Below, one piece after another: positions 10,336 to 19,526 of a stretch of 64,000 nucleotides of DNA (position 1 is the stretch's first letter; each line of letters opens with the position of its first letter). This DNA comes from Tagaea sp. Its GTDB lineage: Bacteria; Pseudomonadota; Alphaproteobacteria; CACIAM-22H2. Under the pieces are notes generated by a model that saw only the letters and a program-made list of their open reading frames with translations, ran no database searches and was not told the DNA's origin. Location: positions 928,001-992,000 of the forward strand of contig CBDIIB010000004.1 of NCBI GenBank assembly GCA_965279525.1, given 5' to 3'. Both the position numbers and the translations under genes were made by a program.

Positions 10336-11213
10336 AGTCGCGTCCCGTGCCAGCCGGCTTCGCGCTTGCTCCAGTAAAGTTCGTTGAGCTTGCGCGTGAT
10401 CGGTCCTGGAGCTCCACCGCGGACCATGCGGCCGGCGACCTCTCGCACACCGAGTGCCGCCCCGGATGTCGAGCAGGTAAAGACCTCATCGGCGACAAAC
10501 AGGTCGAACGCCGTTATGGCAGCACCCTCCACGGGAATGCGCAGCTCCTCCGCCAGATCGAAAAAGGTCCGACGGGTAATGCCGTGCAATACGCCGAGTG
10601 CGGGCGTCCGCAGCACGCCATCCTTGACGAGAAATACGTTTGAACGGGGCGCTTCCTCGACAAAGCCTTGCGCCGAAAGCCAGACGACATCGTCGAAACC
10701 GGAATCCAGCGCCTCGATCTTCGCGAGCTGATACTGCAGTCGCGCGGTGTGCTTGTATCGCGGGTCGAGCGTATCCGGTGCCATGCCGCGCTGATGGCCG
10801 ATCTGCAGCCGGATACCTTTCTCGCGCTGTTCCGGTGTTCCGAGGTGGGCATAGGGTGTGGCGAACGCCCGAACACTCGGCGTGGCCATCCGGGGATCGG
10901 TATTGCCCTGCTTCAGGAGACCACGCGTGACGATGATCTTGATCGCGGCGTCCTGCAGGTTGTTGCGCCGGGCGGTCTCGCAGACGACGGCACTCCATCT
11001 GTCCCGATCGAGGCCGGTCTCGATCCTTGCAGCATGCAGCGTATCGACGAGCCGGGCGACATGGGCCTCGAGCTGAAAAACGAAACCTTTCCATGCCGAC
11101 ACGACCTCGTAGACTCCATCGCCGAACTGGACGCCCAGGTCGAACGGAGAAAGTCGCGCCTGGCTTTCCGGAACATACGCACCGTCGCAGTAGAGAATGG
11201 GTTCGCTGGACAT
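10332..11213 (-). CDS. PLP fold-type IV aminotransferase (BCAT/D-amino acid aminotransferase family)
   Basis: FGDGVYEV, HVARL, PRYKH Lys, EEAPRSNVF, LHGITR, DEVF; start MSSEPI. Confidence 0.88.
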   Translation of the reverse strand: MSSEPILYCDGAYVPESQARLSPFDLGVQFGDGVYEVVSAWKGFVFQLEAHVARLVDTLHAARIETGLDRDRWSAVVCETARRNNLQDAAIKIIVTRGLLKQGNTDPRMATPSVRAFATPYAHLGTPEQREKGIRLQIGHQRGMAPDTLDPRYKHTARLQYQLAKIEALDSGFDDVVWLSAQGFVEEAPRSNVFLVKDGVLRTPALGVLHGITRRTFFDLAEELRIPVEGAAITAFDLFVADEVFTCSTSGAALGVREVAGRMVRGGAPGPITRKLNELYWSKREAGWHGTRL

Positions 11214-11230
11214 CGTTTCCGGTTCCTGTC

Positions 11231-12253
11231 TCAGGCGCCGCCGGTCAGGAAGCGGCGCGGATTGTCGCGCATAAGGGTGTCGATCTCGGCTGCGGTGAAC
11301 CCACGGTCGCGCATCAGCCCGGTGACGTTCGCCGGCAGATGTGCGTAGCCATGGCCGCCGAATGCGCCCAGACGGGTCCGTGTGCAAATGTCGTGCGACA
11401 GCAGCACGCGTCCGCCAAATCCTTCCGCAATGGCCTGCCGCACGTAGCGCAGGCGCATCCAGTCCGTCGGCAGGTCGGCGACCCCGAACCAGTAGTTCGA
11501 AGTCTCGATGCCGAAGAAGTCGAACTCGATCCAGCATCCGCGCGCCGCCAGGGCCGCTATTGAAGGAAAATCGAAATACGTCCGATCGACATGGCTTATC
11601 GCCACGCGCGCCGGGTCGGCCCCCGACCTTTCAAGAATGTCGAGGATCTCGTGCGGCGCGTCCGGATGGCGTCCCGGATGCACGTTGATCGACAGTCCGG
11701 TCCGGCGTTGTGCGATCGCAGAGGCCTCAAGTGACCGGCGCTCGAAATCGGCCAGCGGCCAACTGCAGCCGACCTCGCCGATCAGGCCGGCACGGATACC
11801 GGTTGCGAGAAAGCCCTCGCTTGCCTGGAGTTCGATCCGGTCGGCGAGCCACGCCACATCCCGCGACCGCGTGCCGGAATCGACGAAGTCTGCCGTGTAG
11901 AACCCGGCGCCGGCGACGATCGCCACGCCGGTCTTGCGCGACAGTTCCACAAGCCCGGCCGGATCCGGTCCGATTCCATCGGTCGTCAATTCGAAGATCG
12001 TGTTGCCGCCGGCCGAAGCGAAAGCGTGCAATTCGCCTTCCGCCACATCGCGCTGGGACAGTCGATGGTTGCCCTTGAATGCCGTCGGCCGGTAGGCGAT
12101 CGCGTGGGTATTCCCAAGGGTAATCTCGACGTCGCGAATTGCCGGGTCGCGAAGCGCAAGTGGCGTGACATCGCAAAGCACATGTTCGTGCGGAAGCACG
12201 AGGCCGAGCCGTGAAGCCGGCATTTCCCCGAGAACGGTCATTACCTTGGTCAT
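11231..12253 (-). CDS. Phosphotriesterase-related amidohydrolase (PTER-like)
   Basis: HEH, IGEVGCSWPL, VHPGR, SHVDRT, LSHDI, GGHGY binuclear-metal motifs. Confidence 0.88.
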   Translation of the reverse strand: MTKVMTVLGEMPASRLGLVLPHEHVLCDVTPLALRDPAIRDVEITLGNTHAIAYRPTAFKGNHRLSQRDVAEGELHAFASAGGNTIFELTTDGIGPDPAGLVELSRKTGVAIVAGAGFYTADFVDSGTRSRDVAWLADRIELQASEGFLATGIRAGLIGEVGCSWPLADFERRSLEASAIAQRRTGLSINVHPGRHPDAPHEILDILERSGADPARVAISHVDRTYFDFPSIAALAARGCWIEFDFFGIETSNYWFGVADLPTDWMRLRYVRQAIAEGFGGRVLLSHDICTRTRLGAFGGHGYAHLPANVTGLMRDRGFTAAEIDTLMRDNPRRFLTGGA

Positions 12254-12317
12254 GCCGCCTCGGGCCCGAATCCTGCACTTGCGAAGTGTCGCCTGTTGAC
12301 GACAGTATCCTCCCGAA

Positions 12318-12327
12318 TGTCATACAA
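12318..12327. promoter_or_regulatory. Putative GntR/FadR-type operator TGTCATACAA in a divergent promoter region
   Basis: Imperfect TGT..ACA dyad between divergent starts 12253 and 12340; TTGACG at 12296-12301. Confidence 0.45.
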
Positions 12328-12339
12328 CTGGCTTGGAAA

Positions 12340-13224
12340 ATGGCGAAGAAATTCCGCGGCACATTTACGGTCCTGATCACGCCTTTCAGCGATGACGGCC
12401 GGACAGTCGATCTCAAGGCGTTGACCGACCTCGTCAATTGGCAGATCGAGCAGGGCATTCACGGGCTTATCCCGCTTGGCTCGACGGGCGAGTTCCTGTC
12501 GCTGACGGATGCCGAAGCCGAAGCCGTCGCCGAGACGACAATCAAGGCGGCTGCCGGGCGCGTGCCGGTGCTGATCGGTACGGGTGCCGAGTTTACGGAC
12601 GAGTCGATCCGCCTTTCCCGGCGCGCCGAGAAACTGGGCGCGGACGGCGTGATGATCATCCCGCCCTTCTATTCGACTCCGACCGACGACGAGCTGTTCG
12701 TTCACTACCGGCGTATCGGCGAGGCCATCGGCATCCCGATCATGATCTACAACAATCCTGCGACGGCGAATGTCGACATGCGACCACCGACGGTCCAGCG
12801 GCTCAGCCAGATCGACAATGTCCGCTACATCAAGGAATCGACGCTCGAAGTGACGCGGGTCCGCGACATCATCGAGCTGTGCGGCGACCGGATGACGGTT
12901 TTCGCCGGAATCCTCGGATACGAGTCGTTCTGGCTCGGGGCACAAGGCTGGGTCGCCGTCTGCTCGAACCTGATGCCGAAGGAATCCGCGCGACTTTTCG
13001 AGCTTGTCGCCGATGCGAAAGACCAGCCGGCGGCACTCGCCGCCTACCGCCGCATGCTCCCGATCGTCCGTTGGGTCGGCGGGCAACGCTACGTCTCGGC
13101 CACAAAAGCCGGGTTCGCCATGATGGGGCGCCCGGTCGGGCCGCCACGCCCGCCCCGCCTGCCGCTGCCGGCCGAAGATGCCGCCGTCCTGCGGAAGGAC
13201 CTCGCCTCGCTCGGCCTTGTCTGA
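12340..13224 (+). CDS. DHDPS/NAL family lyase (not housekeeping DapA)
   Basis: GSTGEF, YNNP, Schiff-base Lys in YIKES; start MAKKF. Confidence 0.88.
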   Translation: MAKKFRGTFTVLITPFSDDGRTVDLKALTDLVNWQIEQGIHGLIPLGSTGEFLSLTDAEAEAVAETTIKAAAGRVPVLIGTGAEFTDESIRLSRRAEKLGADGVMIIPPFYSTPTDDELFVHYRRIGEAIGIPIMIYNNPATANVDMRPPTVQRLSQIDNVRYIKESTLEVTRVRDIIELCGDRMTVFAGILGYESFWLGAQGWVAVCSNLMPKESARLFELVADAKDQPAALAAYRRMLPIVRWVGGQRYVSATKAGFAMMGRPVGPPRPPRLPLPAEDAAVLRKDLASLGLV

Positions 13225-13237
13225 TCCGTTCCCCGGA

Positions 13238-14131
13238 TCAGCCGGCGGATTGGCCGAGATACCAATCGAGAATCTCCTCGCCCGTCCACATGACGACGTC
13301 CTTGTGGCCGAGAATGTGATCGTAGAGCTTTTCAAGATAGCCGATGCGGTGCGGAACGCCAGTCAGGTAGGGATGGATCGAGATCGCCATCACGCGCGGG
13401 ATGCTCGCACCCTCCAGATAGAGCCGGTCGAACTGGTCTCGTCCCCTGCGGAAAATCTCGTCGGACGGCTGATGCTGCAGTGCCGACATCATCACGTCGT
13501 TGATCTCGACCGTATAGGGGATCGACGTGATCTTGCCCGTGCGGGTGCGCATCGCGACGGGCTGGTCGTCCAGCACCCAATCGGCGACGTACTCGATCCC
13601 CGCTTCGGCGAGGAGGTCGAGGGTCTCGTCCGTCTCCGTCAGCCCAGGACTTTCCCAGCCGCGCGGCGGCCTGCCGGTGAACGCGCGGATTGCGGCGATC
13701 GTATCGGCAATGGCTCCTCGCTGGTCTTCGACCTTGTGCATGGGTTTTTGCACGAACCCGTGCCCCATGAATTCCCAGCCGGCACGCAGGGCCGCGGCAC
13801 AGGCTTTTTCGTAGACGCGGCAGGCCGAGCCATTGACCGCCATCGTCGCCTTTAGACCACGCGCCGACAGAACATCCAGAAAGCGCCAGAATCCGACCCG
13901 CATTCCGTACTCGTGCCACGACCAGTTCGGAACGTCGGGTAGCAGTGTCTGGCCCATCGGCGGCGGAACCACCGTCCGCGGCATCGGTGCCGTCGGACTC
14001 CAGTTCTCGACATTGACGATCGTCCAGACGGCGACCCGTGCGCCGCCCGGCAGCACAAGCTTCGGACGTTCCGTTATCGGCGAATAGCCGACACGGCCGG
14101 CGACAGTGGACCCAATCTGGAATTCGGTCAT
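13238..14131 (-). CDS. Polysaccharide deacetylase family (PuuE/allantoinase-like) hydrolase
   Basis: HEYGMRVGFWR, EFMGHG, PRGWESP, DDQP, SIHPYLTG. Confidence 0.85.
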   Translation of the reverse strand: MTEFQIGSTVAGRVGYSPITERPKLVLPGGARVAVWTIVNVENWSPTAPMPRTVVPPPMGQTLLPDVPNWSWHEYGMRVGFWRFLDVLSARGLKATMAVNGSACRVYEKACAAALRAGWEFMGHGFVQKPMHKVEDQRGAIADTIAAIRAFTGRPPRGWESPGLTETDETLDLLAEAGIEYVADWVLDDQPVAMRTRTGKITSIPYTVEINDVMMSALQHQPSDEIFRRGRDQFDRLYLEGASIPRVMAISIHPYLTGVPHRIGYLEKLYDHILGHKDVVMWTGEEILDWYLGQSAG

Positions 14132-14156
14132 CGTTGCGCCTTCCCGGCGAAAGGCG

Positions 14157-14187
14157 GGCGGCGCGGCGTATCAGGCGCCGCGCCGCC
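14157..14187 (-). terminator. Intercistronic stem-loop after SBP gene
   Basis: GGCGGCGCGGCG-N7-CGCCGCGCCGCC, perfect 12-bp stem. Confidence 0.55.
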
Positions 14188-14193
14188 GCCAGC

Positions 14194-15075
14194 TCATGCC
14201 GGCCCGGGCCCCTTGATGCCGAACTGCGTCATGGTGAGCTTCAGGACGCCATATTTGTCCATCAGCGCGTCGTAGAACCCGTCCTTCTTCATGTCGGTCA
14301 GAACGCCGGCGACGGTCTCGGCGAGCGGCTTGCTCGTGAACGCAAGGCAGGCCTCCTGCGCGAAAAGCCCGCTGACCGCACGCGTGAAGTCGCCCCGGGT
14401 CTGCATGAACATCGCCGTCGCGTCGGCGGCGGTCGTTCCTTCGACCTGGCCGGCGCGCAGGGCCTGGAACGCCTCGGAGAAGTTGTTGAACGAACGGACC
14501 TCGATCGCCTTCAGGCCCTTGGCGACGAGCATGTCGGACAGTTCCTTCGTGCGCCGCTCCTCGATCGAACCCTGCTCGCACGAGATGCGCTTGCCTGCGA
14601 AATCGTCGACCGTCTTGATGTTCTGAGGATTGCCGCGCTGCACGAGGATGCTGAGCGCGACGCCTTCGTAGGGCACCATGTACATAATTTTCGAGCGCTC
14701 TTCGGTCCAGAAGATGCCGGTATTGATCATGTCCCAGCGCTTCGCGGCCAGGCCCGGTATCATCGTCGTCACGCCATCGATGCGGAAATACTCGGGAACC
14801 AGGCCAAGACGCTTGGCCGTCTCGTTGCCGAGTTCGGCACGCAGACCCTGGATCTCGCCCTTGTCGTTGATGAACTGCAGCGGCGGCAGCGTCGGATTGA
14901 TCGACATCATGAGCGTACCCGCCTTGATGATGACGGGCGGAGCCACCTTCGCCTGCGCACGTGCGGCACGCGGGATCTGGGTGGCGGCGACAGCCGCACC
15001 GGCGCTGGCAAGGAGCCAGCGACGGGTCAGCCCGTTGCCGTTCGCGATTGTGCGGGCGGGGCGTTTGCTGGTCAT
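14194..15075 (-). CDS. Polar amino-acid ABC substrate-binding protein with Tat signal
   Basis: LTRRWLL..ARA signal; PPLQF, MIPGLAAKRWD and ALRAGQVE family-3 SBP motifs; GGGAGA RBS. Confidence 0.85.
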   Translation of the reverse strand: MTSKRPARTIANGNGLTRRWLLASAGAAVAATQIPRAARAQAKVAPPVIIKAGTLMMSINPTLPPLQFINDKGEIQGLRAELGNETAKRLGLVPEYFRIDGVTTMIPGLAAKRWDMINTGIFWTEERSKIMYMVPYEGVALSILVQRGNPQNIKTVDDFAGKRISCEQGSIEERRTKELSDMLVAKGLKAIEVRSFNNFSEAFQALRAGQVEGTTAADATAMFMQTRGDFTRAVSGLFAQEACLAFTSKPLAETVAGVLTDMKKDGFYDALMDKYGVLKLTMTQFGIKGPGPA

Positions 15076-15151
15076 CTTGTGTCTCCCGTTGAAGTGATAG
15101 TCGGCGTGACGGACGCCGGCCGAGCGGAATTGAGCAAGTTTGGTGCCAGCC

Positions 15152-16087
15152 CTAGGAGGCGCTTTTCTGGAGAAGCCCACCTGCGGCCAGGATGCCCCGG
15201 AGGGCATCCAAAGCCGCGGCATCGTCGATGGGCAACAACGGCGGCCGCGTCCAGCCGCCGGGCTGCCCCAGCATGTTCATCGCCGCCTTGATCTGCGACT
15301 GCGGAGAGCCAAATCGGCCACTCCAGTCCGGGTTGATCAGTTGCCCCATGATCGCGGCATAAGTCTCGGCGTGGGCAAGGGCGGCCTTCGTGTCGCCGCG
15401 CCAATGCGCCTCGTAGAAGGACACCGCGTACTGACCGGCAACGGCACCGCCGTCGATGGATCCGTCACCGCCCATCGTCCGCAAAAGCGCGTAGCCCAGG
15501 CGGTTCGCGAAGCCTCCGAATACCCGCAGCTTGTCGCCGACCTCTTCCAGGGTGCGGATTGCCTGCAGGCGGTTCGTCGTGCTGTCCTTCAGTGCCACCA
15601 CGCGATCGATGCGCGCCAGTTCCGCCGCCGTTTCCCACGTGATCTCGACCTGCGTGCCGCGCGCCCAGTTGTAAACCATCAGCGGCAGGTCAACCGCTTC
15701 GCAAACGGTGCGGAAAAAGGCGACGATCTCGCGCGAGGTCGGTGCCGCATAGGGCGGCGGCGTCGACAGCACGCCGTCGGCACCAAGGCTGCGGGCGTGA
15801 AGTGCCAATTCGATCGTCTGCCGGGCGGTATAGGTCGTGCAGCCGATCACGACCGGAATCTTGCCCTTCAGTTCCTCGACGGCGATCTCGGCAACGCGCT
15901 TGCGCTCTGCGTCGGACTGGGAAAACCACTCTCCGGTCGTGCCGTTGACCAGCACGCCATGCACGCCCATCTTCAGATAGTGGCGAAGCCCCGCCCGCCA
16001 GGCCGCCTCGTCTACCGCGCCATCGCGGGTGAAAGGCGTGGGTGCAGCGACCCAATAGCCCTTCCAGTCGACGTCATTGCGGTCCAT
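15152..16087 (-). CDS. DHDPS/NAL family lyase
   Basis: GTTGEW, VYNW, ALKDS Schiff-base Lys. Confidence 0.87.
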   Translation of the reverse strand: MDRNDVDWKGYWVAAPTPFTRDGAVDEAAWRAGLRHYLKMGVHGVLVNGTTGEWFSQSDAERKRVAEIAVEELKGKIPVVIGCTTYTARQTIELALHARSLGADGVLSTPPPYAAPTSREIVAFFRTVCEAVDLPLMVYNWARGTQVEITWETAAELARIDRVVALKDSTTNRLQAIRTLEEVGDKLRVFGGFANRLGYALLRTMGGDGSIDGGAVAGQYAVSFYEAHWRGDTKAALAHAETYAAIMGQLINPDWSGRFGSPQSQIKAAMNMLGQPGGWTRPPLLPIDDAAALDALRGILAAGGLLQKSAS

Positions 16088-16138
16088 CTCCGGAACTCCG
16101 ATCGCTGGCCGAATTCGTTGAATGTATTGAGTAGGTAA

Positions 16139-16984
16139 CTATTGTAGGCCGTCGCCCGGGAAATCAAGGGTCGCCTGGTAGCCATTTCCGCTCAAGTTTG
16201 AGGCCCGACGTGCCGCTGCCTCGCGCTGTGCAGCCAATGCAGCGGCATCCATGTCTGACGTAGGACGCGGTTCCGGATCGAAATGTCCGAACGCATCGTG
16301 GCCGCGCACAAGCATTGCCGATTCCCGCCCCCGGAGCTGCCGCACATGGGTCGGAACGAAGCGTGCAGCGATGCCGATCCGCGATTGGGTCCATCGGTTC
16401 GGCGCCGACGAATGCAGCGCCCGCGTATGGTGGAAAACAGCCTCTCCGGCACTAAGAACGGCTTCGATAGCCCGGCCTTCGTCGACACCACGGGCAATCT
16501 GCCCGCTATGGAGCAGATTGTCCGGATGCGGTCGAAGATCGATGGGATAGCGTTCCGCCGAATGGCTGCCGGGAATATACCGGACCGGCCCGCTTTCGGA
16601 GGGCACGTCGCTGAGCGCGATCCAGGCCGTAACCTCCGTCGGCGGATCGAGGTGCCAGTACGTGTCGTCCTGGTGCCATGAAATATATTTACCCGTGCCG
16701 GCCGGCTTATCGAAGAGCTCCGTCGACCAAAGCAGGAAGTCCGGCCCGATGATGTCCTCAACTGCATCAAGCAGTCGTGCGTCATGTACCAAGGCGTCCA
16801 CCCAGGTCAGCAGAAGGTGGATCTTCTGCGTACGGCTGCCGGTAAAGGATCCGAATTTTGCCTGACTTGAAAAGTAGCAGCCCCGATACCGCTCGGCTTC
16901 TGTCGTATCGAGAACTCGTACGGGAAAAAGGAACCCGTCCGCTTGGTATCGCGCAAGCTCGGCAGGCGTCAGCTTCCTGTGCAC
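16139..16984 (-). CDS. Phytanoyl-CoA dioxygenase (PhyH) family Fe(II)/2-oxoglutarate dioxygenase
   Basis: WHQD, AWIAL, PGSH, LHSSAPN..R. Confidence 0.88.
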   Translation of the reverse strand: MHRKLTPAELARYQADGFLFPVRVLDTTEAERYRGCYFSSQAKFGSFTGSRTQKIHLLLTWVDALVHDARLLDAVEDIIGPDFLLWSTELFDKPAGTGKYISWHQDDTYWHLDPPTEVTAWIALSDVPSESGPVRYIPGSHSAERYPIDLRPHPDNLLHSGQIARGVDEGRAIEAVLSAGEAVFHHTRALHSSAPNRWTQSRIGIAARFVPTHVRQLRGRESAMLVRGHDAFGHFDPEPRPTSDMDAAALAAQREAAARRASNLSGNGYQATLDFPGDGLQ

Positions 16985-16996
16985 GGGCCAATTCCC

Positions 16997-17803
16997 TTAA
17001 AGTCGGATCGAAGCGGCACGATGTCGCAGCGGACCGAGCGCCGACCAGGCCGTGTAGTCGGCGCAGTCCTCGATCGGGTCCGGATCGGTACCATCGATGA
17101 ACAGTCGGCAGTGTCCCGGCGTTGCCCAGATTTCCAGCTCATGTCGGGTCACCTGGCCGACGGGATCGGCGAACAGCTCGACCTCCGTGCGCTCGAAACC
17201 CAGACCGGCAAGCGCGATGCCGACGGAAAGGTTCAGGTTGCGCGGAAAATGGCGGGACAGATCGCGCACCGATCCGCGCAGGATCATCGTTTCTCGTTCA
17301 ATCTTGTCGAGATCGACGAGCGATGCCGCAGCGTTCGCACGCCAAACCCGGAGCGGTTTCGCCGTCCTGTAGACGATCCGGGAAAGGCCGGAATCACGTG
17401 CCGCAGCGACCAGATCAAGCGTACCGATCGCGCCCGGAGCGATGAAGACCTTTCCCGAGCCTGGCTGCCCGCTCGCATGCCGCAGCCGCTCAAGGACCTT
17501 CTCGTCCAGCAGGGCGCAAAGCGAGAGCGGGACAAGGTCGATTCCGCGAGCGACGATCTGATGGCCATACTCGGCCAGCGCTTCGGGACTCGCACATTCA
17601 AGGACGATTTCGGGCCGCCGGTCGAAAAACTCGGACAGCAAGGCCGTCGAACGAAACGGTCCGCCGTTGCGGGTCAGGACCGCGACGAGTTCGGCGTCCG
17701 GGCCGAGATTGGCTGCGACGCGCGCGCCGATCTTGCCCCAGCCCACGATCCCGACGCGGGTCGGCCGGACAGCACAACCGGCACCGGCGTCAACGATCGT
17801 CAC
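16997..17803 (-). CDS. L-aspartate dehydrogenase-like protein (divergent); start uncertain
   Basis: VGIVGWGKIG, LECAS, PGAIGTLD, FPRNLN, RHELE; GTG start overlapping the permease end assumed. Confidence 0.72.
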   Translation of the reverse strand: MTIVDAGAGCAVRPTRVGIVGWGKIGARVAANLGPDAELVAVLTRNGGPFRSTALLSEFFDRRPEIVLECASPEALAEYGHQIVARGIDLVPLSLCALLDEKVLERLRHASGQPGSGKVFIAPGAIGTLDLVAAARDSGLSRIVYRTAKPLRVWRANAAASLVDLDKIERETMILRGSVRDLSRHFPRNLNLSVGIALAGLGFERTEVELFADPVGQVTRHELEIWATPGHCRLFIDGTDPDPIEDCADYTAWSALGPLRHRAASIRL

Positions 17804-18500
17804 GCGCCAACTGCTTGGTTTCGACGTTGCCAAGCGGCTTGGCATAGTGGGCCTCGATACGGCGTTGGACAAAGTCCCAACAGGTCGTCATCGCGAGATA
17901 GATGATCGCCACCACGAGGAACACCTCGAGCACGTCGAAGCGCTGCTGCATGAGGCTCTGGCCGCGCCGCATCAGCTCTTCCATCGAGATCACCGACGCG
18001 ATCGAAGTGGTCTTGAGCAGTCCGTTCACCGAGTTGCCCAGCGGCGGGATGATGACGCGCAGTGCCTGCGGCATGACGACGAGCCAGAAAATCTGGAAGC
18101 CGCTGAGTCCAAGGGAACGGGCCGCTTCGGTCTGGCCTTTCGGAACGGCAAGAATGCCGGCGCGCAGGATCTCGGAAAGGTAGGCTGCCTCATTGAGCGC
18201 AAGACCGATAAGCGCCGACTGGATGACCGACAGTCGGATTCCGAACTGCGGCAACCCGGTATAGATGATGACCAACTGCACGAGCAGCGGCGTGCCGCGG
18301 AAAATCCAGACATAGCCGTGCGACACCATCTGCAGTGTCTTGTATTTCGACATCCGCAGGACGGCGATGAACAGGCCCAAAATGAGGCCGAAAAACAGGG
18401 TGATGACGGTGAGCGCAAGGGTCCAGAGCGCCCCCTCGAGCAGGTATAGGTTGGTGAAATAATTGAAGAATCCGGCCCAGTCGAACTTCATTTTCTCCAT
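17790..18500 (-). CDS. Polar amino-acid ABC permease (His/Glu/Gln/Arg/opine family)
   Basis: FRGTPLLVQL, SEILRAGI, GQTEAARSLG, LKTTS. Confidence 0.92.
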   Translation of the reverse strand: MEKMKFDWAGFFNYFTNLYLLEGALWTLALTVITLFFGLILGLFIAVLRMSKYKTLQMVSHGYVWIFRGTPLLVQLVIIYTGLPQFGIRLSVIQSALIGLALNEAAYLSEILRAGILAVPKGQTEAARSLGLSGFQIFWLVVMPQALRVIIPPLGNSVNGLLKTTSIASVISMEELMRRGQSLMQQRFDVLEVFLVVAIIYLAMTTCWDFVQRRIEAHYAKPLGNVETKQLARDDR

Positions 18501-18636
18501 CCCCTCGCACGCGGCAGCGCTTCAGTCTGCAAGTTTCGTGCGATAGGGGATGTTGTAGCCCGAAATCGGCGGCGGCGGGCAAACGGCTTTGAAATACTCG
18601 AAACCATCTGCCCGCCGGGCACCGCATCGCATCGTC

Positions 18637-19467
18637 TCAAGGCCGCAAAGGCGCCTTCCAGTTTTTCAGGCTGCTGAAATCGGCCGTGTACTCGGCCGAA
18701 GCGAACGTTCCGCCCTGATAGAAATCTCCGACGGGTTCGGCGGCGATCGCCGCCTGTCCTGCCTTGGCTGCTGCTAGCTGCCCTTCCGAGTCGTGTTTGG
18801 GACTGTAACCAAGTTCGTGCGCACGCCGGTTGTCCCACCAGGCGCGCTTGTTGGCGGACGCGCCATAGAGCACCTCGAAGACGATGTCGGGATGGTCGAG
18901 ACCGATCCGGATCAACTGAACGAGATCCTCGGGATGCAGCATGATCGCCATCCGGCGCATGTCGAGCGGCGTCTCGTTCACATTGCCGATGCGAAGGCAT
19001 GTCACGCGGAGGCCGTGCTTCATCGCGTACATCGCGCCAAGCGCTTCGCCGAATGCCTTGGAAACGCCGTACCGGCTGTCGGGGAGGACCGTCACGTCAT
19101 GCGGAATCTTCGTCGTGCGCGGATAGTATCCGACCGCATGGTTCGACGAGGCGAAGATCACCCGCTTCACGCCCGCCGCACGCGCGGTCTCGAACAGGTT
19201 GTAGCAGCCGACGATATTGGCATTGAGGATCGACTCCCAGGGCCCCTCGACCGAATAGCCGCCCAAATGCACGATACCGTCTATTCCGGCGACCGCCGCG
19301 GCCGTCTCCGACACGCTGGCAAGATCCGCCTTGACGAATTGCAGCCCGTGCAGATCCGCAGGTGCCTTCAGGTCCGACAGGACGAGTTCGGGATAGGCAG
19401 CCTTCAACATCGGCGTGATGCGCCGCCCGACATCGCCCGCAGCTCCGGTCAGCAGAACTCTTTTCAT
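18637..19467 (-). CDS. udh: NAD-dependent epimerase/dehydratase family, probable uronate dehydrogenase
   Basis: LLTGAAG, ASSNHAVG, PDSRYGVSKAFGE, WWDN..A.ELGY characteristic of Udh. Confidence 0.78.
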   Translation of the reverse strand: MKRVLLTGAAGDVGRRITPMLKAAYPELVLSDLKAPADLHGLQFVKADLASVSETAAAVAGIDGIVHLGGYSVEGPWESILNANIVGCYNLFETARAAGVKRVIFASSNHAVGYYPRTTKIPHDVTVLPDSRYGVSKAFGEALGAMYAMKHGLRVTCLRIGNVNETPLDMRRMAIMLHPEDLVQLIRIGLDHPDIVFEVLYGASANKRAWWDNRRAHELGYSPKHDSEGQLAAAKAGQAAIAAEPVGDFYQGGTFASAEYTADFSSLKNWKAPLRP

Positions 19468-19526
19468 CGATTCTCTCTCTTCCGATCTGAAACGCACGGC
19501 CACCAGGCCGGATTTCCGCATGCGGC

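Noticed and set aside
11231-12253. Organophosphate hydrolase (opd)
   Set aside because: Bridging residue is Glu (IGEVG) rather than carboxylated Lys; no signal peptide; PTER-like motifs
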